Origin: Nitrososphaeria archaeon
GTDB taxonomy: Archaea > Thermoproteota > Nitrososphaeria > Geothermarchaeales > JDFR-13
Reading direction: 5' to 3'
Assembly (NCBI GenBank): GCA_027078545.1
Contig: JALWXN010000004.1
Coordinates: 608,001 to 672,000 of the forward strand
Length of the DNA: 64,000 bases
This document shows, piece by piece, positions 45,947 through 56,442 of the stretch. The first letter of the stretch is position 1. Each line of letters opens with the position of its first letter. The notes under the pieces are model-generated. The model saw only the letters and a list, made by a program, of their open reading frames with translations. It was not told the origin of the DNA and did no database searches. The translations under genes and the position numbers were made by a program.

Positions 45947-48900
45947 ATGCTGAAACACTTTCTTGCTTTCCTTACAATCCTAATTCTGGGAATCAGCATA
46001 CTCCCTACCAGTAACGTTGCTGTAGAGGCTGCATGGGCAGGTAACGACCCCAGCATCAACTACGACTTCTACATCGAGCAGCTAGCGTCCCAGTTCATTG
46101 ACAGGCTTGAGGATGAGAGGCCTATCGACGAGGTTCTCTACAGGATCAAGAGGCCTATAGAAGTCATAGTCTTCCTGCGTGAGGGCTTCGACCTACCAAA
46201 GCTAGAAGGCCTCTTCCTCACCTTCAGGTACCTACCAGGTATAAGTGGAGTAGTAGTGGCGACTGGGACGATAAAGCCCGGCGCCGTAGAGGTACTGGAG
46301 AACAACAATGATGTTCTAGGTGTAATGATCGATGCTCCTCTAAGCGGTGACAGCTATGCTGAGGATGAGTTTCAGCTAAGGCTGAGCTTTGTCCTGGGCG
46401 AGATATCTATACAGGAGTACGTGGATAGGCTGGCTGAGCTGAAGAGGAAGAGGTATGAGGAGCTCTTGAGTGGCCAGTCTCAGGACTATCGGGGAGGGAT
46501 GATGGATCCAAGGCCCAACATGGTCTTTGTAGACGATATAGTGGGGATAAACCAGCTGGTTGGAGCCAACCCGTTGAAGAGCCGTTATAACGGTACAGGG
46601 GTGACGATAGGCATTGTGGACGAGTCGGTCGACTTCGGCTCCTTCGGCCTCTTCTCTTGGAAGGGTAAGATGGCTAGGGACCCGGCTACGGGGATAGTCA
46701 CATCCTTCAACCCGGAATATGAGAGGCTAGTCTTGACAAACGTCACGGCCGTGGCATACAGCTCTGGGGGAGATGTCTACTTAGACACCTTCGGAACAAA
46801 CCCAGCCGTCGTATTGTCTTATGGATGGGTTACATCATACCGAGACCTAACCGGCTGGCCATTCATGATCGACTTAAAAGTTACAGGAATAATGAACCCC
46901 GGCGACACTGCAAAGTTCGGAATGATATACGACATTTGGGGTGTAAATGTATGGGTCCCAGTAATAGTTATAGACTCAGACAATGACGGTAACTATGACA
47001 CCGCCTATGTTGATGCTTCATCAGAGTTTAAGCAGAGGTGGGGTATGTCCCCAGATTGGGACCTCTCTGACGAGGTGCCTCTCAGAGCTAATGACATGGC
47101 GGTAGCCATATATGACCATAATGGTGATGGATATCCAGAGCAGTCCTCAGGCTCGCTTGCTTGGGGCCTTGACTTCATGTGTTCCCTCCTAGCTACAGCT
47201 CCATCAAACCCTGATGCATGTGGAGTGCTGGAGCCTATCGATGATGACGGTGATTATGTTGTCCTCCTCTTTAATAGTAATAGGCTGGGCCATGGAACCC
47301 AGTTAGCTAGTGTAGCGGCAGCTGTAGACGACTTCACAGGTATGACTGTAAACAATGTGTTTGAGATAGATGTCATAGAGATCCCGGTCGCACCATACAC
47401 TTATAGCTCGGGGATAGCGCCAAACGCTAGCATACTCTCAACCAACGTGGAATATCCCTACAATAGGTATGTCGAGTCAATACTATGGACAGCTGGCTTC
47501 GACCTGGTTACACCGGCCTCAGACCTCTTCGTAGGCTACTACGGATACGTCTATGGAGAGTGGAGATACACGGGTAATCATAAGGCTGATGTAGTGATAA
47601 TAGCATGGGACTGGTGGCATAGGGAGCACTGGAGCCTTAACTGGTATGCATATGGACCCCGCTTCCTAACCCTCCTAATCGATGCCCTCTCAGTACCTGG
47701 CTACCTAGATCCGGCATACCCAGGGACCCTCTTTGTATTATCGGCTGGTAACCATGGGACTGGCCAGGGAAGCATCAACTTGCCCTCATTCTCAATGTTC
47801 GGCCTCACAGTAGGTGCCTCGACATCCTATGAATACGAGGCCTATGTAACCAGTGTCGAGGACGGTGGATACAACGATACCGTGGCTAGCTTCTCCAGTG
47901 CTGGTCCAACCTTTATGGGTAATGTTGAGCCAGAGATCTTGGGTGTAGGAGCCAATGCGATGGTGCCTACCGATGTAGAATATTCCGTGGCCTATACCTA
48001 CTACCAATTCTCGACCCTAAACGGGAGTGTCCTTGTAAGCTTCAGCGGTACCAGCATGGCGGCGGGCGTGGTGGCCGGTGTAGCGGCAATCGTTATCCAG
48101 GCTTACCGGGAGGTACACGGTGTTGACCCATCACCAGACGAGGTTAAGAGGATATTGATGAAGTCGGCCGACGACCTTGGGCTGCCAGTATCCCTACAGG
48201 GTGCGGGTAGGGTCAACGCGTATAAGGCTGTCATGGAGGTCCTCAACAGTAAGCCGGACATATACTCCCCCACCACTGGCCAAAGGTTTGCCCAGCGTGC
48301 CTTCCTACCATTCATGATCAGGGCTGGAGGAACACTTGGAGACAATTCCCACCTATACCTAGATGACCCCAACCAGCTCTTGGCTGCGGCCCAGAACTGG
48401 TATGAATACTCGCTCTTCGACTGGTTCGGACTGGGAGACAGCGTCGCGAGTTATCCCGCTCTAACCATCGATAATAGCCTTGGAGCGACAAGCGTGACGT
48501 ATAATCTCGATGTGGTGAGGGCTGAGCTCGTCCATGAGGAGACGATAACGGTGCCCTTCAACAGTCCGCCGGGCCTCTCCGTTGTTCAGACAATTACCCC
48601 ATGGTCGGGAGCCTATGACTTCATGATGATCTTCATAGACATGAACTACAGCATAATGGATGATAGTGATGATCCCTGGTCGACTGAATACCGTTTTCGT
48701 GTTAGAGTACTTGACTGGATCGATAATGGAGACTCGGTGCTCGACCCTTCAACAGACACCCTTTACAAGATAGATTGGGGCTCTAGCTACTACACCCCAT
48801 CCAACACCCAGGCCATCTACGTGCCGAAGCATATCATTGATAATCTCCAGGGCCAGCTGACGGTGGTTATATATGAGACCGGGAATGGCCATACCCACCC

Positions 48901-50263
48901 ACTGAGCGAGGAGGTTAATATCCATGTCAAGTACTGGAAACATCAGCAGCATCCATGGATAACGCCATCTACGCCATCAATAACCGTTCCAGCTGGAGGG
49001 GTTGGCACTGTAACCCTAGACATCAACGTACCTACCAACATAGCTCCCGACACTGAGCAGGGATACATAATCCTCGACGATCCAGCCACCCCAGAGGTCG
49101 ACTATAAGGTGCCCTTCAGCTTCATACTCTACATGAGGACTAGGGCCACCGCCGGGCTCGTAGATCCAGTGTTAGACGAGCCATATGGCGATAACTTCCT
49201 ACAGGTCAACTGGTTCTATGGACTGTTCTTCTTCGGCGACTATGTATCTGGTGATAGGCGTGCATGGTTCCTACAGTATCTCGGCGACCCTGAGCAGAGA
49301 ACCTTCGGTATCTATGCCTATACAGAGTGGAACAGCTACCTAGCGGATATAGACATGTTCAGCATCGATGCAGGGCTGAGGATAAACGACGGGAGTGCTG
49401 ACCATAACTGGGGCTATCAGCCAGAGAAGATCACGAGGCTAGGGCCTAGGAGCGAGATGGTCGCGATAGCTCCCTGGCCGATGGCCACAGCGCTCACTGG
49501 AGGTGCACCAGATACTATCTGGCTATACCAACACATATATGACGCCGAGGGCGTACAGTTCGCCAACCACTCTGTACGCTACGCCAAGCTACGCTGGGGC
49601 AACGGGACAACCTTCAACGAGACTGATATAACCGTGACACCGGTAACTGGTGGTGTGAACGTCACGATCCCAATATTCATAGAGACGGGTGTAAACCTCT
49701 CCAATATCCAGTTCTTCGGGTTCCAGGCTGATCCAGGCATCGCTGTAGCCGTCACGCCCAGCACCGCCTCGGCAATAGCATTCTCAAACAACAACATGGT
49801 GACCCTGAGCCTCTTCATACCGGACAATGTCCTCCGCCAGGTATCGAGCACTGGCGCCATGGAGTTCGACTTCAACTTCAGCGTCACGGCTGACTACCTC
49901 CCATACAGCACCCTCTTCATGATGCGGGTCAAGGTGCAGCCATTCCCACTACCCCTAAGGGCGATGGTGCAGACCGGTGACGGTATATACTGGCTCGACA
50001 TAGGCTCCTTCACCGGCTGGATATACAGGATCTGGTACTACGAATACGACCCCGGAGCAGAGGTCTTCGGGAGCGAGGTGGGCTACACACATAGATGGCC
50101 AGTAAGGGTTACAAGCGTATTCGCTAACAAAGACTTTGGGATAGTCAGGGCGGTTGTAGGGGTCAGGCTCAACGACGGTAACATGGGATGGTTCCCAATC
50201 ACGATCATCGTCTGGCGCAACACCGACGAGGTTTGGCTACTAGGAGCCAACATCCTGGTTTGA
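45947..50263 (+). CDS. Large secreted subtilisin-family (S8) protease, paralog 1
   Basis: Signal peptide; IVDES, HGTQ, SAGN, FSSAGP, SGTSMA, QGAGRVN; start 45947 downstream of TTTAAA. Confidence 0.88.
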   Translation: MLKHFLAFLTILILGISILPTSNVAVEAAWAGNDPSINYDFYIEQLASQFIDRLEDERPIDEVLYRIKRPIEVIVFLREGFDLPKLEGLFLTFRYLPGISGVVVATGTIKPGAVEVLENNNDVLGVMIDAPLSGDSYAEDEFQLRLSFVLGEISIQEYVDRLAELKRKRYEELLSGQSQDYRGGMMDPRPNMVFVDDIVGINQLVGANPLKSRYNGTGVTIGIVDESVDFGSFGLFSWKGKMARDPATGIVTSFNPEYERLVLTNVTAVAYSSGGDVYLDTFGTNPAVVLSYGWVTSYRDLTGWPFMIDLKVTGIMNPGDTAKFGMIYDIWGVNVWVPVIVIDSDNDGNYDTAYVDASSEFKQRWGMSPDWDLSDEVPLRANDMAVAIYDHNGDGYPEQSSGSLAWGLDFMCSLLATAPSNPDACGVLEPIDDDGDYVVLLFNSNRLGHGTQLASVAAAVDDFTGMTVNNVFEIDVIEIPVAPYTYSSGIAPNASILSTNVEYPYNRYVESILWTAGFDLVTPASDLFVGYYGYVYGEWRYTGNHKADVVIIAWDWWHREHWSLNWYAYGPRFLTLLIDALSVPGYLDPAYPGTLFVLSAGNHGTGQGSINLPSFSMFGLTVGASTSYEYEAYVTSVEDGGYNDTVASFSSAGPTFMGNVEPEILGVGANAMVPTDVEYSVAYTYYQFSTLNGSVLVSFSGTSMAAGVVAGVAAIVIQAYREVHGVDPSPDEVKRILMKSADDLGLPVSLQGAGRVNAYKAVMEVLNSKPDIYSPTTGQRFAQRAFLPFMIRAGGTLGDNSHLYLDDPNQLLAAAQNWYEYSLFDWFGLGDSVASYPALTIDNSLGATSVTYNLDVVRAELVHEETITVPFNSPPGLSVVQTITPWSGAYDFMMIFIDMNYSIMDDSDDPWSTEYRFRVRVLDWIDNGDSVLDPSTDTLYKIDWGSSYYTPSNTQAIYVPKHIIDNLQGQLTVVIYETGNGHTHPLSEEVNIHVKYWKHQQHPWITPSTPSITVPAGGVGTVTLDINVPTNIAPDTEQGYIILDDPATPEVDYKVPFSFILYMRTRATAGLVDPVLDEPYGDNFLQVNWFYGLFFFGDYVSGDRRAWFLQYLGDPEQRTFGIYAYTEWNSYLADIDMFSIDAGLRINDGSADHNWGYQPEKITRLGPRSEMVAIAPWPMATALTGGAPDTIWLYQHIYDAEGVQFANHSVRYAKLRWGNGTTFNETDITVTPVTGGVNVTIPIFIETGVNLSNIQFFGFQADPGIAVAVTPSTASAIAFSNNNMVTLSLFIPDNVLRQVSSTGAMEFDFNFSVTADYLPYSTLFMMRVKVQPFPLPLRAMVQTGDGIYWLDIGSFTGWIYRIWYYEYDPGAEVFGSEVGYTHRWPVRVTSVFANKDFGIVRAVVGVRLNDGNMGWFPITIIVWRNTDEVWLLGANILV

Positions 50264-50292
50264 ACCCCCTTCTTTTTAACTTTTCCCTTTTT
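50264..50292 (+). terminator. Pyrimidine/oligo-T archaeal terminator
   Basis: CCCCCTTCTTTTTAACTTTTCCCTTTTT directly after stop. Confidence 0.6.
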
Positions 50293-50496
50293 ACGCTCTT
50301 CACTAACACTGATCCTATCCATCCACTCCAACTCAGATCTCAATGTTAAGCATATCCCATGAGTGTTTTTTTTTTTGGGCTAACTAAAATCTTCATCTAG
50401 CCGTATAGTCCTGATTCGACACACTAGACCTCTGTATTAAAATAAAGGTATATATGACTATATCTTTATATAGCCCGTGTAACAGAATTAGATTAC

Positions 50497-53400
50497 ATGT
50501 TTAGACAGTTGTCATCCCTGCTAATCATCACAATCTTCCTGATAAGCCTCCTACCAGCCTATACAGTGCCTGCCCAGGGAGCCTGGGCAGAGAACGACCC
50601 CAACATCAACTTCGACTTCTACCTTGAGAACGTGGCTACAGAGTTTGTGGAGAGGCTCGAGGCAGAGAAACCGATCGACGACATACTCTACAACATTGAG
50701 AGGCCAGTCAGCGTCATAATGTTCCTCAAATCTGGCTACGACCCAGCAGAGATCGCGAAGTACTTCATGTCTATCAGGTTCCTACCAGACATCGGGCCAC
50801 TAGGCGTTGCCACAGGTATGATCAAGCCAGGTGCCGCGGAGGAGCTTGCCAAGCTTGACAGCGTGCTAGGAGTGATGCTCGACGTACCAGTAGACTTCCC
50901 CGGAGACTTCGACGACAAGTTCTTCGAGCTAAGGCTTAAGTTCGCCCTCGGCGAGATAAGCCCAGAGGAGTTCAGAGATGCACTAGCAGACCTGAAGCGC
51001 GAGATGCTACAGAAAAGGAGTGGCGACGGCCTGAAGACAAGGGACATCCTGCTACCAGCAGGTGTTGAGAGGGGTGACGCCCCCATCTCGCCAGACATGA
51101 TCTATGTCGGCGACATAGTAGGTATCAATGAGCTTGTCGGTGGGCAGCCCCTTAAGAAACAGTATAACGGGGCAGGTGTCACAATAGCTGTGGTGGATAC
51201 CGGTGTTGACTTCGGATCATTTGGGCTATTCTCATGGATCAACAAGGTTGCTAGAGATCCAGCCACAGGCGTTACATCCTCATTCAACGCTGATGCCGAC
51301 TCTATAGCCCTTACAAATGTAACAGTTGTGGCTTACCCATGTGGTGTAGATGTTTGTATCAACACTACCGGGTCTAACCCAGCAGTATATGTCTTTGGCA
51401 CGGTTTCCGACTTCCTTACTGAGAATGGCACGTTATTCTCCGTTGACATGATAGTGACTGGTATCTTAAACCCAGGAGACAAGGCTAAGTTCGGTATCCT
51501 ATTCCAGTGGCAGACTGGTTGGAACCTCTTCCCAGTACTCCTTGTAGATAGCGACAGCGACGGATTTTACGACACAGCCTATGTAGATGTCTCCTCAGAC
51601 TTCAACTTCTTCTGGGGATTTACGCCTGATTACGACTTCTCCGACGAGACTCCACTAACTCCAAACGGTGTCACAGTTGCCAACTATGACGACAACGGCG
51701 ACGGCTATCCTGAACACTCGACAAGCACCCTGGCATGGGGGCTCGACGTAACCTGTGCAATACCAGTGATTAATCCACTTAACCCAGATGGGTGTGGCCT
51801 ACTAGAGCCGATTGACGACCAAGGTGACTACGCAGTATTCGTCTATGACTGGCATGGACATGGTACACAGGTGGCAAATACAGCTGCTGGTGTAGACGAC
51901 TTCACGGGTATGCAGGTATACACCTCTTGGGGTCTATATCCATATGGGCCTGGCATAGCTCCAAATGCTAGCATAATGGGTATACCGATATTCGGCTTCG
52001 GCAGCATTATCGAAGGATGGTTCTGGGCAGCTGGTTTCGATCCAGTGCTCCCCTCATGGTGGTTCCCAGTAGCTGGCTATGGAACAGTTGCCGGTATATG
52101 GGTCTATACAGGTAATCATAAGGCGGACATAATTAGTAACAGCTGGGGCTTCATCACTAACGAGCATACCAGGCTAAACTGGTTCATCTATGGACCGTTC
52201 TTCATGAGCCTATTGGCAGACGCACTATCAGTTCCAGGCTTCCTAGACCCGGCTTACCCAGGGACTCTAATAACTATAGCTGCATCCAACGATGGCCAGG
52301 GACATGGAACAATCACAACTCCACAGGACAGCATGTTCGCCATGACGGTGGGTGCATCTACCGCCTACATGATATACAACTTCCTATTAGGCATTGGTGG
52401 AGGGCATAACGATACTGCGGCATTCTTCTCTAGCCGTGGACCAACCTACATGGGCAATGTTGAGCCAGAGATAATGGGTGTAGGAGCCTGGGGCATGACC
52501 CCAATACCTCTATGGTTAGCACAGTTCTTATCCTTCTTCCTTACACCGACTATAAACGGCTCGTTCCTCGACATCTTCGGAGGAACAAGTATGGCAACAC
52601 CAGTAGTATCTGGTGCCGCGGCTGTTGTGATACAGACATATGTAAATGTACATGGTATAAAGCCTAGTCCTGACCAGGTAAAGAGGATTTTGATGAGGAC
52701 TGCTGATGATACTGGGCTTCCAGTGTCTATACAGGGAGCTGGTAGGGTAGATGTCGAGGATGCGGTTAACGAGATACTAAACATGGGTCCAGATATCTAT
52801 GCACCTATGACTGGCCAGAAGTTCGCCCAGCGCCTCTTCGTACCAGTCCTGATAAGGTGGATGGGGCTACTGGGTGACGCCTCACCACTCTACATAGGTG
52901 ATCCGTGGACATTTGTATCAGCAGCCTCCAACTGGTATGAATACTCACTGTACGACTGGTTCGGCCTAGGAGACACCGTACTAGGCTACCAGGCACTGGT
53001 CGTGGATAATACTATGGGTGGATCAGCTATAACCTATAATGTCAATGTCGTTAGGGAGAGGCTGGTCTACGAGGAGTACATGAGCTTCCCAATAATCCTC
53101 GACGGTAGCACAAGCATAGTAGCCGAAATCCCATACACTCCATGGGCAGGGTCGTATGACTTCCTCATGGTCTTCGCGGACTTCAATTTCACAGTGTTCG
53201 ATGATGCCGACTCAGCCTTCTGGGACGAGACTAATATCCAGCTTCAGGCATGGGACTGGGTAGACGATGGTGACGGAATATTCGAGTTCTTCGGAGACAC
53301 CAACTATTTGATCGACTATGCACCCTTCTGGTCCAATACACAGGCAGTCTTCATACCGAAGAAGATCATCAATAATCTCAACGGACAGTTGCTCATAAGG

Positions 53401-54810
53401 ATTTTGGAGACCTGGGACTTCCACAGCCACCTATCAGTAGAAACCATTAATGTACGCTTCCAGTACTGGAGGCTAGATCCACATCCATGGATAACCCCCT
53501 CAACCCCCACAGTAACAGTTCCAGCTGGCGGTACAGCCAACGTCAACATCGATATTATGGTGCCCACTAACGTAGCGCCAGGTGTGGAGCAGGGATATGT
53601 CATCCTTGACGATCCCGGGACACCTGAGATCGATTATAAGGTGCCCTTCAGCTTCATACTATACAAGAGAACTAATGCCCTAGCGGGTCTAGTTGATCCG
53701 ATGCCTGTTGAGCCTTACGGCGAGAACTTCATACAGCCGAACTGGTTCCGTGGCTTCTCGGAGTACTCATTTACACTTGACATCTTCCGCTTCTCAGGTG
53801 ATAGGCGCGGATGGTACTTCACTTATCTCGGTGATCCGGAGCAGAGGACTTTCGGTATCTATGCATATGCCCAGTGGGACAGTCCATATGCAGACATTGA
53901 CATGTTCAGTGTAGACGCTGGGCTACTGATGAATGACAAGAGCGATCTCGTCGACACTGGGTATAAGCCTCTACACCAGACCAGGCTAGGCCCCAAGTCT
54001 GAGATGGTGGCTGTCTGGCCATGGCCACTGGCCACAGCCTTGTCTGGTGGCGCCCCAGACCTGATATGGATGTGGCAGAGGCTCTACGACGCTAACGGCT
54101 CCCAGTTCGTCAACAACTCTATACGCTACGCCAGGCTGTCTTGGGGCAATGGCACCCTGTTCAACAACACAGGCTTTAACGCCATTAACGTACCGGGCGG
54201 TGTACAGGTTCTGGTCCCAATAAACATAGAGACCGGTGTAAACCTCACAGCTGTACAGTTCTACAACTATGAGACGGATCCACAGATCTCCATCATGATA
54301 ACTCCAAGCGTTACGTCGGCAGCCGCGTTCGCCAACAACAATACAGTCACATTAGGAATATTCATACCACACAACGTGATGCAGCAGGTGTTCAACAACG
54401 GACCTATGGCTTTCGACTTCAACTTCACCGTGACGGCTGACTACCTACCATACGAGACGAAGTTCCTAATGAGGATTATTGTCGAGCCGTTCCCACTACC
54501 GCTGAAGGCCATGGCTCCATCAGGTGACAGCGTCTTCTGGCTAGACATTGGCAGGTTTAACGGCTGGATCTATAAGATATGGTACTACGACTTCGATCCA
54601 GACACGGAGACATTCGGCAGTGAGGTTGGCTTCGTCAAGAAGTGGCCGGTGAGGGTTGTCAGTGTCTTCGCTAGCCAGGAGTTCGGCATAGTGAAGGTCG
54701 TAGTGGGCATCAAGCACAACGACGGCACAATGGGCTGGTACCCGATGACCATCGTGGTCTGGCGCTACAGGGAGGATGTCTGGCTCCTCGGAGCCAATAT
54801 CCTGCCGTAG
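50497..54810 (+). CDS. Large secreted subtilisin-family (S8) protease, paralog 2
   Basis: Signal peptide; VVDTG, HGHGT, SNSWG, AASN, FSSRGP, GGTSMATP, QGAGRVD; colinear with paralog 1. Confidence 0.93.
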   Translation: MFRQLSSLLIITIFLISLLPAYTVPAQGAWAENDPNINFDFYLENVATEFVERLEAEKPIDDILYNIERPVSVIMFLKSGYDPAEIAKYFMSIRFLPDIGPLGVATGMIKPGAAEELAKLDSVLGVMLDVPVDFPGDFDDKFFELRLKFALGEISPEEFRDALADLKREMLQKRSGDGLKTRDILLPAGVERGDAPISPDMIYVGDIVGINELVGGQPLKKQYNGAGVTIAVVDTGVDFGSFGLFSWINKVARDPATGVTSSFNADADSIALTNVTVVAYPCGVDVCINTTGSNPAVYVFGTVSDFLTENGTLFSVDMIVTGILNPGDKAKFGILFQWQTGWNLFPVLLVDSDSDGFYDTAYVDVSSDFNFFWGFTPDYDFSDETPLTPNGVTVANYDDNGDGYPEHSTSTLAWGLDVTCAIPVINPLNPDGCGLLEPIDDQGDYAVFVYDWHGHGTQVANTAAGVDDFTGMQVYTSWGLYPYGPGIAPNASIMGIPIFGFGSIIEGWFWAAGFDPVLPSWWFPVAGYGTVAGIWVYTGNHKADIISNSWGFITNEHTRLNWFIYGPFFMSLLADALSVPGFLDPAYPGTLITIAASNDGQGHGTITTPQDSMFAMTVGASTAYMIYNFLLGIGGGHNDTAAFFSSRGPTYMGNVEPEIMGVGAWGMTPIPLWLAQFLSFFLTPTINGSFLDIFGGTSMATPVVSGAAAVVIQTYVNVHGIKPSPDQVKRILMRTADDTGLPVSIQGAGRVDVEDAVNEILNMGPDIYAPMTGQKFAQRLFVPVLIRWMGLLGDASPLYIGDPWTFVSAASNWYEYSLYDWFGLGDTVLGYQALVVDNTMGGSAITYNVNVVRERLVYEEYMSFPIILDGSTSIVAEIPYTPWAGSYDFLMVFADFNFTVFDDADSAFWDETNIQLQAWDWVDDGDGIFEFFGDTNYLIDYAPFWSNTQAVFIPKKIINNLNGQLLIRILETWDFHSHLSVETINVRFQYWRLDPHPWITPSTPTVTVPAGGTANVNIDIMVPTNVAPGVEQGYVILDDPGTPEIDYKVPFSFILYKRTNALAGLVDPMPVEPYGENFIQPNWFRGFSEYSFTLDIFRFSGDRRGWYFTYLGDPEQRTFGIYAYAQWDSPYADIDMFSVDAGLLMNDKSDLVDTGYKPLHQTRLGPKSEMVAVWPWPLATALSGGAPDLIWMWQRLYDANGSQFVNNSIRYARLSWGNGTLFNNTGFNAINVPGGVQVLVPINIETGVNLTAVQFYNYETDPQISIMITPSVTSAAAFANNNTVTLGIFIPHNVMQQVFNNGPMAFDFNFTVTADYLPYETKFLMRIIVEPFPLPLKAMAPSGDSVFWLDIGRFNGWIYKIWYYDFDPDTETFGSEVGFVKKWPVRVVSVFASQEFGIVKVVVGIKHNDGTMGWYPMTIVVWRYREDVWLLGANILP

Positions 54811-54960
54811 AGCTATCCCCCACCCTTTTTCCCCACTATTTATAACCCTCCTAACAGTTGAACCCTCTAGGAAAGGTTCCTAGGACCCATATACCATCCT
54901 ATATTTTCCCCGTCTCCACTATACACCTATATATCAAGTTTATACCAATGGTGTCCGGCT

Positions 54961-56442
54961 ATGGCGTTGGCACAGGAGGTTATGGAGAACTATGGTAGGC
55001 TCAAGCTATACATAGATGGAGAGTTCGTGGAGAGTGAGACCAGCCAGTATATAAAGGCCTTCAACCCGGCAAAGGACGAGGTCATAGCTGAGGTTCCAAA
55101 CACACTACCAGAGGAGGTTGATAGGGCGGTTGAGGCTGCTTATGAGGCCTATCTCAAGTGGAGGGAGACCCCCATACCCACGAGGGTGCAGTACCTCTTC
55201 AGGATCAAGGAGGTCTTGGAGAGGCATAAGGAGGAGATAGCCAGGATAATCGTCCAGAACCACGGGAAGACCCTAGACGAGGCTCGTGGAGAGATGAGGC
55301 GGGCGATCGAGAATGTCGAGACCGCTATAGGCGTTGCATACCTCCTCGAGAAGGGTGAATACCTAGAGAATATAGCCAAGGGGATAGATGAGTACCTTGT
55401 GAGGGAGCCCCTAGGCGTGGCAGCCATAATCTCCCCATTCAACTTCCCAGTCATGGTCCCCTTCTGGTTCATACCATATGCACTAGCTGTTGGAGACACT
55501 GTGGTGGTCAAGCCCAGCGAGATCACCCCAGTACCCTTCCACTGGGTCATAAAGCTCCTACATGAGGAGGCTAAGCTACCCCCAGGCCTGATAAACGTGG
55601 TCTACGGCCTGGGCAACGTGGGTGAGAACCTTATAAGCCATCAGAAGGTATTCGGCGTAGCCTTCGTAGGCTCTACACCAGTGGCCAGGGCTATATATAA
55701 GAGGGTTGGGGAGCTGGGTAAGAAGGCGATTCTACAGGCCGGAGCTAAGAACTTCGCAGTCGTTATGCCAGACGCAAACATGGATAGGACCATACCGAAC
55801 CTCATATCAAGCTTCTTCGGCAACACTGGGCAGAGATGTCTGGCAAACAGCGTCCTAGTCCCGGTGGGCGAGGCCTACGACAAGGTCCTCCCGAAGTTCC
55901 GTGAGATGGCTAGTAGGCTTAGGCTTGGCTACGGGCTGGACGAGGATGTTGATATGGGCCCCATGGCGACTAGGAAGGGTTTGGAGAGGGTCTTGAAATA
56001 CATAGACATAGGCCTCGAGGAGGGTGCGAAGCTGACCCTGGACGGCAGGGGTAAGAAGCCTGAGAAGTATCCAAATGGCTACTTCATAGGCGCGAACATA
56101 TTCGAGGAGGTCACGCCAGACATGACGATAGCCAGGGAGGAGATATTCGGGCCGGTAGCCTCGGTGATCAGGGCGGAGACACTGGACGAGGCTATAGAGA
56201 TGATCAACAATAGCCAGTATGGAAACGCCTCGAGCCTATTCACATCCAGCGGAGCCGTGGCGAGGAAGTTTAGGAGGGAGGTGAATGTGGGCAACTTAGG
56301 TATCAATGTGGGTGTAGCAGCCCCGATGGCCTTCTTCCCATTTGGAGGTAGGAAGGAGAGCTTCTTCGGAGTCGTCCATGGCCAGGTCGACAGTCTAGAC
56401 TTCTTCACCGATAAGAAGATCGTTATAGAGCGCTGGTGGTGA
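54961..56442 (+). CDS. mmsA: CoA-acylating (methyl)malonate-semialdehyde dehydrogenase
   Basis: PFNFP.MVP.W, FVGST, GAKN, GQRCLA, EEIFGP, GINVGV.AP. Confidence 0.92.
   Translation: MALAQEVMENYGRLKLYIDGEFVESETSQYIKAFNPAKDEVIAEVPNTLPEEVDRAVEAAYEAYLKWRETPIPTRVQYLFRIKEVLERHKEEIARIIVQNHGKTLDEARGEMRRAIENVETAIGVAYLLEKGEYLENIAKGIDEYLVREPLGVAAIISPFNFPVMVPFWFIPYALAVGDTVVVKPSEITPVPFHWVIKLLHEEAKLPPGLINVVYGLGNVGENLISHQKVFGVAFVGSTPVARAIYKRVGELGKKAILQAGAKNFAVVMPDANMDRTIPNLISSFFGNTGQRCLANSVLVPVGEAYDKVLPKFREMASRLRLGYGLDEDVDMGPMATRKGLERVLKYIDIGLEEGAKLTLDGRGKKPEKYPNGYFIGANIFEEVTPDMTIAREEIFGPVASVIRAETLDEAIEMINNSQYGNASSLFTSSGAVARKFRREVNVGNLGINVGVAAPMAFFPFGGRKESFFGVVHGQVDSLDFFTDKKIVIERWW

Noticed and set aside
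49103-49128. 26-nt tract identical between the two S8 genes (also at 53635-53660), possible gene conversion
   Set aside because: It encodes a conserved peptide (YKVPFSFIL) with preferred codons and is too short to distinguish from shared ancestry.
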